Origin: Chloroflexota bacterium
GTDB lineage: Bacteria > Chloroflexota > Dehalococcoidia > SHYB01
Length of the DNA: 63,458 nt
Direction of reading: 5' to 3'
Assembly: GCA_022572465.1 (NCBI GenBank)
Contig: JACZVV010000003.1
Location: 1-63,458, forward strand
The position numbers and the translations under genes are program-made. Positions 37,849-48,789 of the stretch are shown here, piece after piece. Below the pieces are notes generated by a model. It made no database searches, was not told the DNA's origin, and worked only from the letters and a program-made list of their open reading frames with translations. The first letter of the stretch is position 1. The number at the start of each line of letters is the position of its first letter.

Positions 37849-39102
37849 TTACAACAGAAGGCGAACGGGGTTCTCCAGAAGCGCGCGGATTTCGCCGACA
37901 AACCTGGCCCCTTGAGCGCCATCGGCGACCCGATGGTCGATCGAAAGGGTAACGCGCATCACGTCGGCGATCGTCACCTGGTTGTCGGTCACCACCGGCT
38001 CCCGTTGCACCGAGCCGACCGCCAGCGCGGCGGCTTGCGGTGGCGTGATGATCGCGCTGAAGCTCTCGACACCGTACATGCCCAGGTTCGTGACGTTGAA
38101 CGTCGCCCCGGTGTACTCCGCGGCGCCCAGCTTGCCCGAGCGGGCCCGCTCGGCCAGCGATTTGCTCTCCCGGGCGATCACTGCCAGACTCTTGCGGTCG
38201 CAGTCCAGGATCCCAGGGGCCACCAGGCCGGCGTCCAGGGCGATGGCCATGCCGATGTTGACCCGTTGGTGCACTTCGACCCCGGCGTTGGTGTAGCTGG
38301 CGTTGAATATGCGGTGCTGGAGGATGGCCATGGCGCAGGCCTTGATGACCATGTCGTTGATGCTGACGCGAGCGCCCTCCTCCAAAGCGTCGTTGAGTTG
38401 CCGGCGGAGCCGCACCGCCTCGGTCATATCGATGGCCGAGGTGACGTAGAAGTGGGGAATCTCTTGCTTGCTGCGGCTCATGCTGCGGGCGATGGCCTGG
38501 CGCATGCGGGTCATCGGGAGCAGCTCGCCCGGCGCCGGTGCGGCCGGCGCTGGAGCCTGGGGCATGGCGGGGGCCGCTGCTGGCGCCGCTGGCGCCGCGG
38601 CCGGTGCGCCTTGCTCCGCGAAGGCCACGACGTCCTTCCGGGTGATCCGCCCGGCGGGGCCGGTGCCGGCGACCTGTGCCAGGTCGATTTGACGCTCCTG
38701 GGCAACCTTCCGGGCCAGCGGCGAGGCCTTGATGCGCTCGCCGGCGGGCCTTGCCGGGGCCGCGGCTACCGCCGCCTGCGCGGGCTCGGCCTCGGGAGCA
38801 GGGCCCTCGGCGGCCATGTCGGTGATGGCGTGGCCCGGCGGGGCCTCGTCGGGGACCTCCTCGTCGGGCGCTCCGATGATGCCGATGACGTCGCCGACGG
38901 GCACCGTCGTTCCCTCGGCAATGTACACCTTGCGCAGCACACCAGAGTCGTAGGACTCGATCTCCACCACGGCCTTGTCGGTCTCGATCTCCGCCACGGC
39001 CTCTCCCTTGGTCACCGCGTCACCTTCCGACTTGATCCAGCGCACCACGGTGCCCTCTTTCATGTCGAAGCCCATCTGCGGCATGATGATGTCGGTGGCC
39101 AC
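37849..39102 (-). CDS. pdhC: Pyruvate dehydrogenase E2, dihydrolipoamide acetyltransferase
   Basis: Lipoyl motif EIETDKA, ASPLARK..GTGPAGRI, catalytic DHRVADG. Confidence 0.93.
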   Translation of the reverse strand: MATDIIMPQMGFDMKEGTVVRWIKSEGDAVTKGEAVAEIETDKAVVEIESYDSGVLRKVYIAEGTTVPVGDVIGIIGAPDEEVPDEAPPGHAITDMAAEGPAPEAEPAQAAVAAAPARPAGERIKASPLARKVAQERQIDLAQVAGTGPAGRITRKDVVAFAEQGAPAAAPAAPAAAPAMPQAPAPAAPAPGELLPMTRMRQAIARSMSRSKQEIPHFYVTSAIDMTEAVRLRRQLNDALEEGARVSINDMVIKACAMAILQHRIFNASYTNAGVEVHQRVNIGMAIALDAGLVAPGILDCDRKSLAVIARESKSLAERARSGKLGAAEYTGATFNVTNLGMYGVESFSAIITPPQAAALAVGSVQREPVVTDNQVTIADVMRVTLSIDHRVADGAQGARFVGEIRALLENPVRLLL

Positions 39103-39176
39103 GGCTCAGCGACCCCTTTCGGGTCCGACCGTTCTCGACGGCCGAAACGCCTCTCGGCGGGAGTGCAGCATCGAGT

Positions 39177-40148
39177 TTACACCAGCGACTTGACCGCCGC
39201 GACCACGTCGCCGGGGCGCGGGATGGCCGCCTGTTCGAGGTCACGGTTGTAAGGCATCGGGACCTCCTGGCCGGCGACGCGGGCCACCGGCGCGTCGAGG
39301 TAGTCGAACGAATGCTCCATGATCGAGCTCACCACCTCCGCGCCAAAGCCCCCCGTCTTCCAGCCCTCCTCCACCACGACGGCCCGATTGGTCTTCATCA
39401 CCGACTCGTTGATCGTATCGGTGTCCAGGGGCCGCAACGAGCGCAGGTCGACGACCTCGGCCTCGATCCCCTCCTCGGCCAGCTCCTCCGCCGCCTGAAG
39501 GGCGACGTGGACCATCCGAAGGTGGGCGACGATGGTAACGTCCGAGCCCACGCGCTTGACGTCGGCTTCGCCGATGGGCACGGTGTAGTACTCGTCGGGC
39601 ACCGGCCCCCTGAAGTTGTAGAGGAGCGAATGCTCGACGAACATCACCGGGGTCTCTTCGGCTACGGCGCTCCTCAGAAGCCCGCAGGCGTCGTAGGGGG
39701 TTGAAGGAGAGACGACCTTGAGGCCGGGCACCTGGGCGTACCAGCCCTCCAGGCACTGGGAATGGCTGGCGCCGAGCTGGTTTCCGCCGCCGCTCACCGT
39801 GCGGATAATCAGTGGAACGGTGATCTGGCCTCCCGACATGAACAACATCTTGGCGGCGGCGTTCACGATCTGGTCCGAGGCCAGCAGACTGAAGTTGATC
39901 GTCATCAGCTCCACGATCGGCCGGAGGCCGCCCATGGCCGCGCCGATGCCGGCCCCCACCAGGACCGATTCGGCGATGGGCGAGTCCTTCACGCGCTGCT
40001 CGCCGAACTCGGCCAGGAGCCCTTGGGTGACGCCGTAGGCCCCCCCGTAGGCGCCGATATCCTCGCCCATGAGAAAGACGCGGTTGTCGTTGTTCAGCGC
40101 CTCTCGCAGGGTCTCACGGATAGCTTCTCGATACGTTAACTCTGGCAT
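39177..40148 (-). CDS. pdhB: Pyruvate dehydrogenase E1 beta subunit
   Basis: MGEDIG.YGG, DSPIAE, HSQ, DLRSLRPLD, FDYLDAPV. Start moved to ATG 40148. Confidence 0.93.
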   Translation of the reverse strand: MPELTYREAIRETLREALNNDNRVFLMGEDIGAYGGAYGVTQGLLAEFGEQRVKDSPIAESVLVGAGIGAAMGGLRPIVELMTINFSLLASDQIVNAAAKMLFMSGGQITVPLIIRTVSGGGNQLGASHSQCLEGWYAQVPGLKVVSPSTPYDACGLLRSAVAEETPVMFVEHSLLYNFRGPVPDEYYTVPIGEADVKRVGSDVTIVAHLRMVHVALQAAEELAEEGIEAEVVDLRSLRPLDTDTINESVMKTNRAVVVEEGWKTGGFGAEVVSSIMEHSFDYLDAPVARVAGQEVPMPYNRDLEQAAIPRPGDVVAAVKSLV

Positions 40149-40158
40149 AGCGTAGGGC

Positions 40159-41142
40159 TCACTCCCGGTAGATATCCTTGAACATTTCGTCGTGGGCCGG
40201 ATTGGGGCTGGCATCCGCGAAGGCCACGGCCTCGGCGATCTCCTCGTCCACGCTGTGCTCGATCTTGGCGATATTCTCCTCCGAGGCGGCCCGGCTTTGG
40301 AGCAGCTCTCGACGGAAAGTGACCACGGGGTCGCGGCGTTTCCATTCTTGCTCTTCTTCTTTATCTCGATACGCCACGGGATCGGCCATGGAGTGCCCCC
40401 GGAACCGATAGGTGATGGCCTCCAGGAAGAAGGGACCCTTGCCAGAGCGGACGTGGTTGATGGCGCGAATGGCGGCCTCGCGCACCGCAAGGACATCCAT
40501 CCCGTCCACCATCTCGCTCGGGATGCCAAAGGCGTCGGCCAGGTGGCACATCTCTTTGCCGGCGTGGGCCCGCTTGACGGAGGTGCCCATGCCGAAGCCG
40601 TTGTTCTCCAGAAGAAAGAGCACCGGCAGGTTCCAGAGCGCCGCGAGGTTGAAGGACTCGTGAAACTCGCCTTCGTTCACGGCGCCGTCGCCGAAGATGC
40701 ACAGGCAGATGCGTCCTTCGTCCCGGTAGTTGCTGGCCAGGGCCAGTCCGGTGGCGATGGGCATCATGGCGCCGACGATGGCGTAGCCGCCCATGAATCC
40801 CTTGGAGGCGTCGAACAGGTGCATCGAGCCGCCCTTGCCCTTGCTGGTGCCGGTGGCCTTGCCGAACAGCTCGGCCATGATGCGCCGGGTCTCCAGGCCC
40901 CGGGCCAGGGCGTGCCCATGCTCGCGGTAGTGGGTGACGATGTAGTCGCGCGGCTCCAGCGGAGGGATGGTGCCCACGGCGACCGCCTCCTCACCGATGT
41001 ACAGGTGGAGAAAGCCGCCGATCTTCGCCCGCCCGTACATTTCGCTGGCCTTCTCTTCGAACCGGCGTATCAGGACCATCTTGCGATACAGATCCAGGGC
41101 GACCGGTTTCTTGATCGCAAGCTCTTTCAACGTCATGGCCAT
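40159..41142 (-). CDS. pdhA: Pyruvate dehydrogenase E1 alpha subunit
   Basis: KIGGFLHLYIGEEA, GKGGSMH, TPP motif GDGAVNEG..ENN, YRFRGHSMAD. Confidence 0.94.
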   Translation of the reverse strand: MAMTLKELAIKKPVALDLYRKMVLIRRFEEKASEMYGRAKIGGFLHLYIGEEAVAVGTIPPLEPRDYIVTHYREHGHALARGLETRRIMAELFGKATGTSKGKGGSMHLFDASKGFMGGYAIVGAMMPIATGLALASNYRDEGRICLCIFGDGAVNEGEFHESFNLAALWNLPVLFLLENNGFGMGTSVKRAHAGKEMCHLADAFGIPSEMVDGMDVLAVREAAIRAINHVRSGKGPFFLEAITYRFRGHSMADPVAYRDKEEEQEWKRRDPVVTFRRELLQSRAASEENIAKIEHSVDEEIAEAVAFADASPNPAHDEMFKDIYRE

Positions 41143-41172
41143 GGTGGGCCTCCCAGGTAAGCAAGCATCGAT

Positions 41173-42558
41173 TTAGACGTTCAGCGATTCTCCTATGGCG
41201 CCCAGCCCCGCTTCCATCAGGGCCTCCGACATGGTGGGATGAGCGTGCACCGTCTTGCCCAACTCGCGAACGGTGCCCTCCAACATACGGGCCATCGAAA
41301 GCTCGGCGAGCAGCTCGGTCACGTCGTGCCCGATCAGGTGGGCGCCCAGAATCTCGCCGTGCTTCGCGTCGGCCACGATCTTGACGAAACCCTCGCTGTC
41401 GCCCAGGGCTACCGCCTTGCCGTTGGCCGAGAAGGGGAACTTGCCGATCTTGACCTCGTGTCCCCGCTCTTGGGCCGCCCGCTCCGTCAGGCCCATGCTG
41501 GCTACCTGAGGTTGGCAATAGGTGGCCCTGGGCATGTCTTCGTAGGCCAGCGGCGGAGGCTCGCGGCCGGCGATCGCCTCAACGGCGGTCACGCCTTGCG
41601 CCGACGCCACGTGGGCCAGAAGCATTTTGCCGGTGACGTCGCCGATGGCATAGACCCCGGCGACGTTGGTCTCCATGCGGTCGTCGATCTTGACGAAGCC
41701 GCGGTCCGTCTCCACGCCCAGCTCCTCCAGGCCGATGTCGCCGGAGTTGGGTTCGACTCCCACGCCCAGGAGCACCGTATCGCATTCCACCTCTCCGCCC
41801 TCGCCCGCCGGGCCCAGGGTCAGCTTGACGCGCCCGTTGACCCGTTCCGTCCTCTCGACGGTGAAACCGGCTTTGACCGCGATCCCCTGGCGGGACAAGG
41901 CCCTTTCCAGCTGTCTGCTGATCTCCTCGTCCTCGGTAGGCAGCAGATGGGGCAGCATCTCGATGATCGATACTTCGGACCCATAGGCCCGGTAGTAGTA
42001 GGCAAACTCGACACCGACGGCGCCGCCGCCGATGATGGCGATCGAACCTGGCGGCTCTCGAAGCTCCAGGGCCTCCCGGCTGGTGATGATCGTCGAGCCG
42101 TCCGCCTCGAGGCCCGGCAGGTCCTTGGCCCGGGCGCCCGTGGCGATGATGACGCTCTTCGCCTTCAATCGCTGCCCGTCGCCATCGATGACGACCTCGC
42201 CGGGGCCGGTCAGCCGGCCGGTGCCGCGGACCAGGTCGATCTTGTTCTTCTTGAAGAGATACGCGACACCCTTGACCATCTTCTGGACGACCTTGCGGCT
42301 GCGATCGACGGCGGCCCCCAGGTCGTACTGGAGATTGTCGTAGGTGATGCCGAACTCGCCGGCCCGGCGGAACAATCGGAGGACCTCGGCGCTGCGAAGC
42401 AGGGCCTTGCTGGGGATGCAGCCCCAGTTCAGACAGACGCCGCCGAGCTGGTCGCGCTCCACCACCGCGGTCTTCAAACCAAGCTGGGCGGCCCGGATAG
42501 CGGCGGTATAACCGCCGGGCCCGCCGCCGAGGAGCACCAGGTCGTAGTCGTTAGCCAA
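41173..42558 (-). CDS. lpdA: Dihydrolipoyl dehydrogenase
   Basis: GGGPGGY, GGVCLNWGCIPSK, HPTMSE. Confidence 0.97.
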   Translation of the reverse strand: MANDYDLVLLGGGPGGYTAAIRAAQLGLKTAVVERDQLGGVCLNWGCIPSKALLRSAEVLRLFRRAGEFGITYDNLQYDLGAAVDRSRKVVQKMVKGVAYLFKKNKIDLVRGTGRLTGPGEVVIDGDGQRLKAKSVIIATGARAKDLPGLEADGSTIITSREALELREPPGSIAIIGGGAVGVEFAYYYRAYGSEVSIIEMLPHLLPTEDEEISRQLERALSRQGIAVKAGFTVERTERVNGRVKLTLGPAGEGGEVECDTVLLGVGVEPNSGDIGLEELGVETDRGFVKIDDRMETNVAGVYAIGDVTGKMLLAHVASAQGVTAVEAIAGREPPPLAYEDMPRATYCQPQVASMGLTERAAQERGHEVKIGKFPFSANGKAVALGDSEGFVKIVADAKHGEILGAHLIGHDVTELLAELSMARMLEGTVRELGKTVHAHPTMSEALMEAGLGAIGESLNV

Positions 42559-43456
42559 CCAACGTCCTCTCTCGCTCGCCGGGAGGAGTGGCGACGTGCT
42601 CGTGGGCGTGGTAGGAGCTGCGGACCAGAGGGCCCGACTCCACGTGCCGGAATCCCATGGCCAGTCCCTGGCGCTTCAGCTCGGCGAACTCGTCGGGATG
42701 GTAGAAACGGTCGATGGCGATGTGCTTCGGCGAAGGCTTCAAATACTGGCCGATCGTCAGCACGTCGCATCCGGCCTCGCGGACGTCGAACATCGTCTCC
42801 AGGACCTCGTCCTTGGTTTCACCCATGCCGAGGATGATCCCCGATTTGGTCACCATCTCGGGCTCCCACTCCTTGACCTGGGCCAGAAGCTCCACGGAGC
42901 GCTGGTAGGAACCCTTGGGACGCACTCGTGGGAACAATCGGGCGACGCTCTCGATGTTGTGGTTCAGCACGTCCGGCGCCGCATCGACGACGGTCCGCAA
43001 GGCCTCTCGCGAGCCGGCGAAGTCGGGGATGAGCACCTCGACGGCGCAGCCGGGCGCTCGGGACCGGATGCGGCGGATGGTGGACGCAAAAACAGCGGCC
43101 CCGCCGTCGGGCAGATCGTCCCGATTGACGGAGGTGACCACGGCGTGGCGGAGGCCCAGCGTGTGGACCGCGCCGGCGACGCGCTCCGGCTCGCCCAAAT
43201 CGAGGCCGTGAGGCCGGCCGCTGGTGACGGCGCAGTAGGCGCAGGCCCGGGTGCAGACGTCGCCCAGGATCAGGAACGTGGCCGTGCCGTACTCCCAGCA
43301 CTCGCCCATGTTGGGGCAGCGAGCCTCTTCGCAGATGGTGTGGAGCTTCTCCTGCCGCACCAGCCGCTTCAACTTGACATAGTTATCCCCGCCGGGAAAG
43401 CGGACCTTGAACCACGGAGGCAGTCTGCGTTGAATCTCGGCGCTCATCGCTCTCAC
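42551..43456 (-). CDS. lipA: Lipoyl synthase
   Basis: CEEARCPNMGEC, CTRACAYC, GQYL, VRSSYHA. Confidence 0.98.
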   Translation of the reverse strand: MRAMSAEIQRRLPPWFKVRFPGGDNYVKLKRLVRQEKLHTICEEARCPNMGECWEYGTATFLILGDVCTRACAYCAVTSGRPHGLDLGEPERVAGAVHTLGLRHAVVTSVNRDDLPDGGAAVFASTIRRIRSRAPGCAVEVLIPDFAGSREALRTVVDAAPDVLNHNIESVARLFPRVRPKGSYQRSVELLAQVKEWEPEMVTKSGIILGMGETKDEVLETMFDVREAGCDVLTIGQYLKPSPKHIAIDRFYHPDEFAELKRQGLAMGFRHVESGPLVRSSYHAHEHVATPPGERERTLVG

Positions 43457-43702
43457 GCCATCGAAACCAACAAAGCTTAACTTCTATGATAAAAGTATAT
43501 CACGGGCGCTTCCGTTGCAACAGGAGTGTCGTTGGAGGCCATCCCGCACTTGTCGACAGGTTATCCCTCAACTTCGACACCCTGGGTGGAACGGCCCCAC
43601 CCCCTTCGCCGAAATCCGGCGTGCCAGGTGGGCGCGGTCGCGCCAGCCATAAGGGTTGGATGCAGGAACCTGTGTCCAGAAATCTCGCCTGCGACGCGGC
43701 AG

Positions 43703-45181
43703 CTACTCCGCCTCGTCGCGCAGGCGGATGTATCTGATGAGCCGCGGATGCACGTTTTCAATGTGCCTGTGCATCTGTCGTGCCAATTCTTGGATCGTGA
43801 AATGTGCTTGACTCGACAGCCTGAGTTTCAGGAGATGGTAACATTCGCGGAGATTCAGTTTTGCGAGTGTCCGGGTCATATGGGCATGAGTTACCAAGTA
43901 ACGAGCAACCGAGGGATGAACTTTCTCAACCTGGCGGAAAGCGTGATCCGTCTTCTTAATGGCTTCACGAAAAAGCCGACCTGCACCCGCCCTTTCGATC
44001 AATCGAGGGACGAGGTGTCCATACCGCGCATTAAGCGGTTGCGAAAGGGTTGTTTGCATGCGATGGCGCTTGTATTCACGGTAGGCCCCGTAGTCCATCT
44101 CGAGCTCAAACAGATAATCGATGTTTTCCAGCTCCCTCAAGGGGGGATCGAAATCACCAAGACCGCTCAGCGCCATGTCAATCAATTCGGTTTTCTGCCG
44201 CTCGCTCATTCGACGTACTGAATACTCCACTCGCTTGTAGGGCCTACCGGAAACGCGGTAAAGCAAGGCTTCCACTAGCCGATCCACGGCAGAACGATCG
44301 AAATAGACGAGAGTCGCCTTTACCTGCGCGACATCAACTTCGGTTCCTAAAGAATCGAACGAGAGTTGCGATCCGTTGTTGTCCGATTCTTTCTCGATGG
44401 AATTCCAAAACCTCTCCCGTCGCTTCCGATCAAAAGCCCACTGATTCTTCTGTGCGCCGATGAAATATTCGCTGTCCTCCGCGTACTTGACCAGCGTCGG
44501 TGCGATCTTTCGTCCCTCCGCTCGGAGCCGCTTCCCGATTTCGCGGCTCTCGGCCAGCTCCGAGCTCAGCAGCTTGGTGATGGCATGCTCCAGCGACCGC
44601 GCGTTCATGGTGACGCCCACGTTGGTCAGGGTGGCGGCGGGCAGGACGAAGCGGCAGCTATCGGTGGCCTCACGCCGGATGCGCAGGTTGTAGGCCCCGT
44701 CCCGCTCGCCCTCCCGCTGTGGGTGCTGGGACTTCAGGTACGCCTGAGTCTTCTCCAGCAGGGCGTGATACGTCTCGAACAGGAAGTCGCAGGTCTCGGT
44801 GAAGGTCCGCTCCAGCTCGTGGCCGCGAAGCTCGGCGGGGACGTGGTAGCTGCCCCGCTCCAGCACCTGGTAGCGGGACGACTTCTCGGTGAAGGACGCC
44901 AGGCGGTTGTCCTCCAACTCATCGCACGCGAGACGGGAGATATTCTCCACCGCCATGTGGATGACGGCGTGCTCGGCCACCGAGGCGTGGCCGTAGCCCA
45001 CCACCCACTTCTCGTTGAAGTCGGCCGCCTTGGCCTCGGTGACCCGTTCCTTGATCTCGTCGAAAGCCTCGGGGCTTCGAGAGGTCATGGCGAAGATGAC
45101 GGCGATCTGCTCCTGGGTCAGCTCCTGGGGGTCCAGGGGGTAGACCCGCATCTCGTGGGCGGTCCGGTGCGTGGTGGTCAT
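43703..45181 (-). CDS. thyX: FAD-dependent thymidylate synthase, tandem two-domain type
   Basis: YGHASVAEH, SFTEKSSRY, RFVLPAA, NARSLEH; second domain YREYKRHR, NLRE..H..LR and AHFTI. Confidence 0.85.
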   Translation of the reverse strand: MTTTHRTAHEMRVYPLDPQELTQEQIAVIFAMTSRSPEAFDEIKERVTEAKAADFNEKWVVGYGHASVAEHAVIHMAVENISRLACDELEDNRLASFTEKSSRYQVLERGSYHVPAELRGHELERTFTETCDFLFETYHALLEKTQAYLKSQHPQREGERDGAYNLRIRREATDSCRFVLPAATLTNVGVTMNARSLEHAITKLLSSELAESREIGKRLRAEGRKIAPTLVKYAEDSEYFIGAQKNQWAFDRKRRERFWNSIEKESDNNGSQLSFDSLGTEVDVAQVKATLVYFDRSAVDRLVEALLYRVSGRPYKRVEYSVRRMSERQKTELIDMALSGLGDFDPPLRELENIDYLFELEMDYGAYREYKRHRMQTTLSQPLNARYGHLVPRLIERAGAGRLFREAIKKTDHAFRQVEKVHPSVARYLVTHAHMTRTLAKLNLRECYHLLKLRLSSQAHFTIQELARQMHRHIENVHPRLIRYIRLRDEAE

Positions 45182-45301
45182 TCCACTATTTTTTTGAGGC
45201 AATGCGGGCCATCGTCATGGGTTTGCGCCGCTGGACGCCGTCGAACGAATCGAATCGTAGCCCCGAGTACGGAGGCCGTCAACAGCCAACCAGAGCGGGA
45301 T

Positions 45302-46735
45302 TCAAGGGGAGTCGATCGCTGTCCCCAGGGCCTCGTCCAGCACGGCCAACGCATGCTCGAGCTGGGGCCTCGTGATCGTCAGGGGCGGCGTCAGCGACAG
45401 GACGTTGCCGCGAGAGCCGCCGGCCAGCAGGATGACGCCTCGCTCCAGGGCCGCCCGGATTGCCGCCGACGCCTCGGCCGATGCCGGCGCCCTGGTCTGC
45501 CGGTCCGTGACCAGCTCGATGCCCACCATCATGCCCAGGCCCCGTACGTCGCCGACGACCTCGTGCCGCTGCTGGAGCTCGCGGCATCGCCGCAGCAGCC
45601 ACCCGCCGAGCGCCGACGCCCGCTCGGGGATGCGCCTCCGCTCCATCTCGTCGATGACGGCCAGGGCCGCCGCGGCCCCAAGCGGGTGTCCCATGAACGT
45701 GCTGGAGTGGGGCGCTTCCGGCTCGTCGTGCGCCCAGGCGTCCATCACTTCGCCCCGGGCGATACAGGCGGCGATGGGCATGCCCCCCGCCATCGCCTTG
45801 CCCACGCACATGATATCCGGCTCCACGTCCCAGTGGTCCACCGCGAACCACGCGCCGGTGCGGCCAAATCCGGTGATCAGCTCGTCGACGATCAGCAGGA
45901 CCTCCCGCCGGGCGCACGCTTCTTTGAGCCGCGGCAGGTAGTCGGGCGGCGGGACGATCTCGCCCTCCCGGCCCTGGACCGGCTCGATGACCACGGCCCC
46001 GATGGGTCCAACGCCGGCCGGTGGACTGTCCAGGGCCTGCTCCACGGGCGCCAGGCAGGCGATATCGCACGTTGGGTAGGTCAGGCCCAAGGGGCAGCGG
46101 TAGCAGTAGGGGTAGGGCGCTCGGGCGACGCGCGGGTTGAGCTGGGGAAGGAACGGTTGGCGGAACTGCTCGCGGTCGGTGACGGCGAGCGCGCCGTAGG
46201 ACTGACCGTGAAAGCCGCCGGTGAAGGCCAGGACGCCGTGCCGGCCCGTCGCCAGCGTTGCCGTCTTCAACGCCACTTCGACGGCTTCGGAGCCGCTGGT
46301 GCAGAAGATGACCTTGTTGCCGCTGCCCGGCGCAAGCTCCGCGAGGCGGCGGGCCAGCTCGACCTTGACGACGTTGGGATGAACGTCGCCCAGCCCATGG
46401 AGCATCGCCCGGCTCTGCTTGCGGACCGCGGCGGCCACCCGAGGATTCGCGTGACCCAGGTTCGCGACGCCGAAACCAGCCGTGAGGTCGATGTAGACGT
46501 TGCCGTCGGCGTCGAGCACGTTGGCGCCCCGCGCCCGCTCCCACACGATGGGCAGGTCGCCTGTGCCGATGGTGGAGACGCCGGGCGACTCGAATCGCGC
46601 CAGCTCGCGGGCGAGCCGCTTCGACGCTGGGCCTGGCGGCCGGGTCCGCATGCTCGGCAGCATGCGTCCGAACGGGCGCGATGTCGTCGCGGACGGCGCT
46701 CGATTGGGCATGGCCGGGCGTCCCTCTCGAATCAC
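45302..46735 (-). CDS. Class III PLP aminotransferase (GabT-like)
   Basis: [50 protein letters not shown]. Confidence 0.92.
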   Translation of the reverse strand: MIREGRPAMPNRAPSATTSRPFGRMLPSMRTRPPGPASKRLARELARFESPGVSTIGTGDLPIVWERARGANVLDADGNVYIDLTAGFGVANLGHANPRVAAAVRKQSRAMLHGLGDVHPNVVKVELARRLAELAPGSGNKVIFCTSGSEAVEVALKTATLATGRHGVLAFTGGFHGQSYGALAVTDREQFRQPFLPQLNPRVARAPYPYCYRCPLGLTYPTCDIACLAPVEQALDSPPAGVGPIGAVVIEPVQGREGEIVPPPDYLPRLKEACARREVLLIVDELITGFGRTGAWFAVDHWDVEPDIMCVGKAMAGGMPIAACIARGEVMDAWAHDEPEAPHSSTFMGHPLGAAAALAVIDEMERRRIPERASALGGWLLRRCRELQQRHEVVGDVRGLGMMVGIELVTDRQTRAPASAEASAAIRAALERGVILLAGGSRGNVLSLTPPLTITRPQLEHALAVLDEALGTAIDSP

Positions 46736-47487
46736 AGGATCTGCGAAAGGAAGAGCTTGGTTCGCTCGTGCTGCGGGTTGTCGAAGACCTGCGCCGTCGT
46801 TCCCTCTTCGATGATGGTGCCCTCGTCGAACATGGCCATGCGGTCGGCGACCTCGCGGGCAAATCCCATCTCGTGGGTCACCACGATCATCGTCATGCCG
46901 GACCCGGCAAGCTCCCGCATCACGTCCAGCACCTCTTTGATCATCTCGGGGTCCAGGGCCGACGTCGGCTCGTCGAAGAGCATGATCTTGGGTTGCATCG
47001 CCAGGGCCCGGGCGATGGCCACCCGCTGTTGCTGCCCGCCCGAAAGCTCGGCTGGATACTTGGCCGCTTGCTCGGGGATGCCCACCCGCTCCAGGAGCTC
47101 CATCGCCTGCTTCTCCGCCTCCGACCGAGGCCGGCGCAGGACTCGCATCGGAGCGAGCGTAATGTTCTGCATCACCGTCAGATGGGGAAAGATGTTGAAC
47201 GACTGGAACACCATCCCGACTTCCCTGCGCACCAGTTCCACGTTCCGGATGTCATGGGTCAGCTCGATGCCGTCGACGATGACGTCGCCCCGCTGATGCT
47301 CCTCCAGGCGGTTGATGACGCGAATGAAGGTCGATTTCCCCGAACCCGACGGGCCGAAGACGACCACCACGTCGCCCCGCTTCACCGTGATGCTGAGACC
47401 CCGCAGCACATGGAAGTCACCGAACCACTTGTGCACTTCCCGGCAAACGATGATGTCGTCGGCCGCCGGACGCTCTTCACCCGTCAC
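46732..47487 (-). CDS. Polar amino-acid ABC transporter ATPase (AapP/BztD-like)
   Basis: [44 protein letters not shown]. Confidence 0.95.
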   Translation of the reverse strand: MTGEERPAADDIIVCREVHKWFGDFHVLRGLSITVKRGDVVVVFGPSGSGKSTFIRVINRLEEHQRGDVIVDGIELTHDIRNVELVRREVGMVFQSFNIFPHLTVMQNITLAPMRVLRRPRSEAEKQAMELLERVGIPEQAAKYPAELSGGQQQRVAIARALAMQPKIMLFDEPTSALDPEMIKEVLDVMRELAGSGMTMIVVTHEMGFAREVADRMAMFDEGTIIEEGTTAQVFDNPQHERTKLFLSQIL

Positions 47488-47559
47488 GGGACTCCTCCAA
47501 TCGGTCGCGGACGACCCGCCTCGTTAGCATGCGCACCCTGGTCGAGCCGGCAACGGCTT

Positions 47560-48789
47560 CTATCGCCGGCCAACGCCCAGCGCCTCTTCCAGTCTACGGC
47601 TGGCATAGGACATCGAGTAGGTGAAGATCCAGAAGACCGCCGCGAGGAACAGGTACACCTCGCGTTGGGAGCCTCGCCACTCCACGTTCCCCAAGATGAT
47701 CGACCTCCCGATGCCGACGATGTCGAGCAAGGCCACGATAGCAACGAGGCTCGTGTCTTTCAAGAGCGTGATGAGCTGGCCGACGATAGCGGGGATCACC
47801 GCTCGCAAGGCCTGGGGCAGAACGATGTAGAGCGTGACGTTGAACCCGTTGAGGCCCAGCGCCTTGGCCGCGTCGATCTGACCCAGCGGCACGGCCTGGA
47901 GCCCTCCGCGAACGTTCTCGGCCATGTAGGCGGCGCTGAACACGGTGATGGCCACGAACGCCCGCATGACGCGGTCGCGGACGATGAAGTCGAGGAACGT
48001 GTCTTGCGGCAGCACCAGCGGCAGAATGATCTGCGTCATGAACAGCAGCGTAATCAGAGGAACGCCCCGGATCAGCTCGATGAACAAGGTGCAGAACATG
48101 CTGACCGCTGGCAGCGAGCTGCGGCGTCCCAAGGCAAGGAGAACCCCGAGGGGGAAAGAGGCCACGATCCCCACCACGGACAGGAGAATGGTGAGCATGA
48201 GCCCGCCCAACTGGGTGGTCCTGACCTCGGGGAGTCCAGGCATCCATCCGGAACCGCGGAGCAGGAACAGGACCAACACGAACGCCGCGGCCCAGGCGAT
48301 GATGAGCCGGCCAGGCGGAACGTTGATCACCCGGGCGAGCAAGTAACCCAGCCCGATCACGAACGGATTGGCAAGAATCCAGAGCCTGGCCTCGACGTCC
48401 AAGGAGTCGAGGCTCAACGGAACGAAGGCCATGGCGACGAAGATCACCCCTCCGGCTCGCGCGAAGGTCCGCGCGACGCCGCTCCACACCCTCCAAGAGA
48501 GTCCTGCGAGCAACGAGACGATGAGCACCACGACGCCGACCCGCCACATCTCGTCCGAGGGGTATTGGCCCACGGCGAACAGCTTCAGGTTGGAGGTGAC
48601 GGCGGCCCATTCCGCGTCGAAGAACAGCCAGGTGAGGGATGGCCTCAGCAAAAAATAGAGGAGCGCGATCACGACGACGGTGAGCAGCGCGTTCAAACGG
48701 GTGCTGAACAGGTTGGTCCTGATCCAACCTATGGGGCCCGTAGTGATGACGGGCGGCTTCAGAATTTCGGGGGAGGTTGTCACCGTCAA
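47560..48789 (-). CDS. Amino-acid ABC permease (AapM/BztC-like)
   Basis: WIRTNLFS, IRGVPLI, AYMAENVRGGLQ, LPQALR, KDTSL. Confidence 0.93.
   Translation of the reverse strand: MTVTTSPEILKPPVITTGPIGWIRTNLFSTRLNALLTVVVIALLYFLLRPSLTWLFFDAEWAAVTSNLKLFAVGQYPSDEMWRVGVVVLIVSLLAGLSWRVWSGVARTFARAGGVIFVAMAFVPLSLDSLDVEARLWILANPFVIGLGYLLARVINVPPGRLIIAWAAAFVLVLFLLRGSGWMPGLPEVRTTQLGGLMLTILLSVVGIVASFPLGVLLALGRRSSLPAVSMFCTLFIELIRGVPLITLLFMTQIILPLVLPQDTFLDFIVRDRVMRAFVAITVFSAAYMAENVRGGLQAVPLGQIDAAKALGLNGFNVTLYIVLPQALRAVIPAIVGQLITLLKDTSLVAIVALLDIVGIGRSIILGNVEWRGSQREVYLFLAAVFWIFTYSMSYASRRLEEALGVGRR

Noticed and set aside
43750-44470. Intein, intron or DGR variable region as the cause of the low-GC patch in thyX
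   Set aside because: The patch itself encodes ThyX-like motifs; there are no intein splice termini, reverse transcriptase or template repeat.
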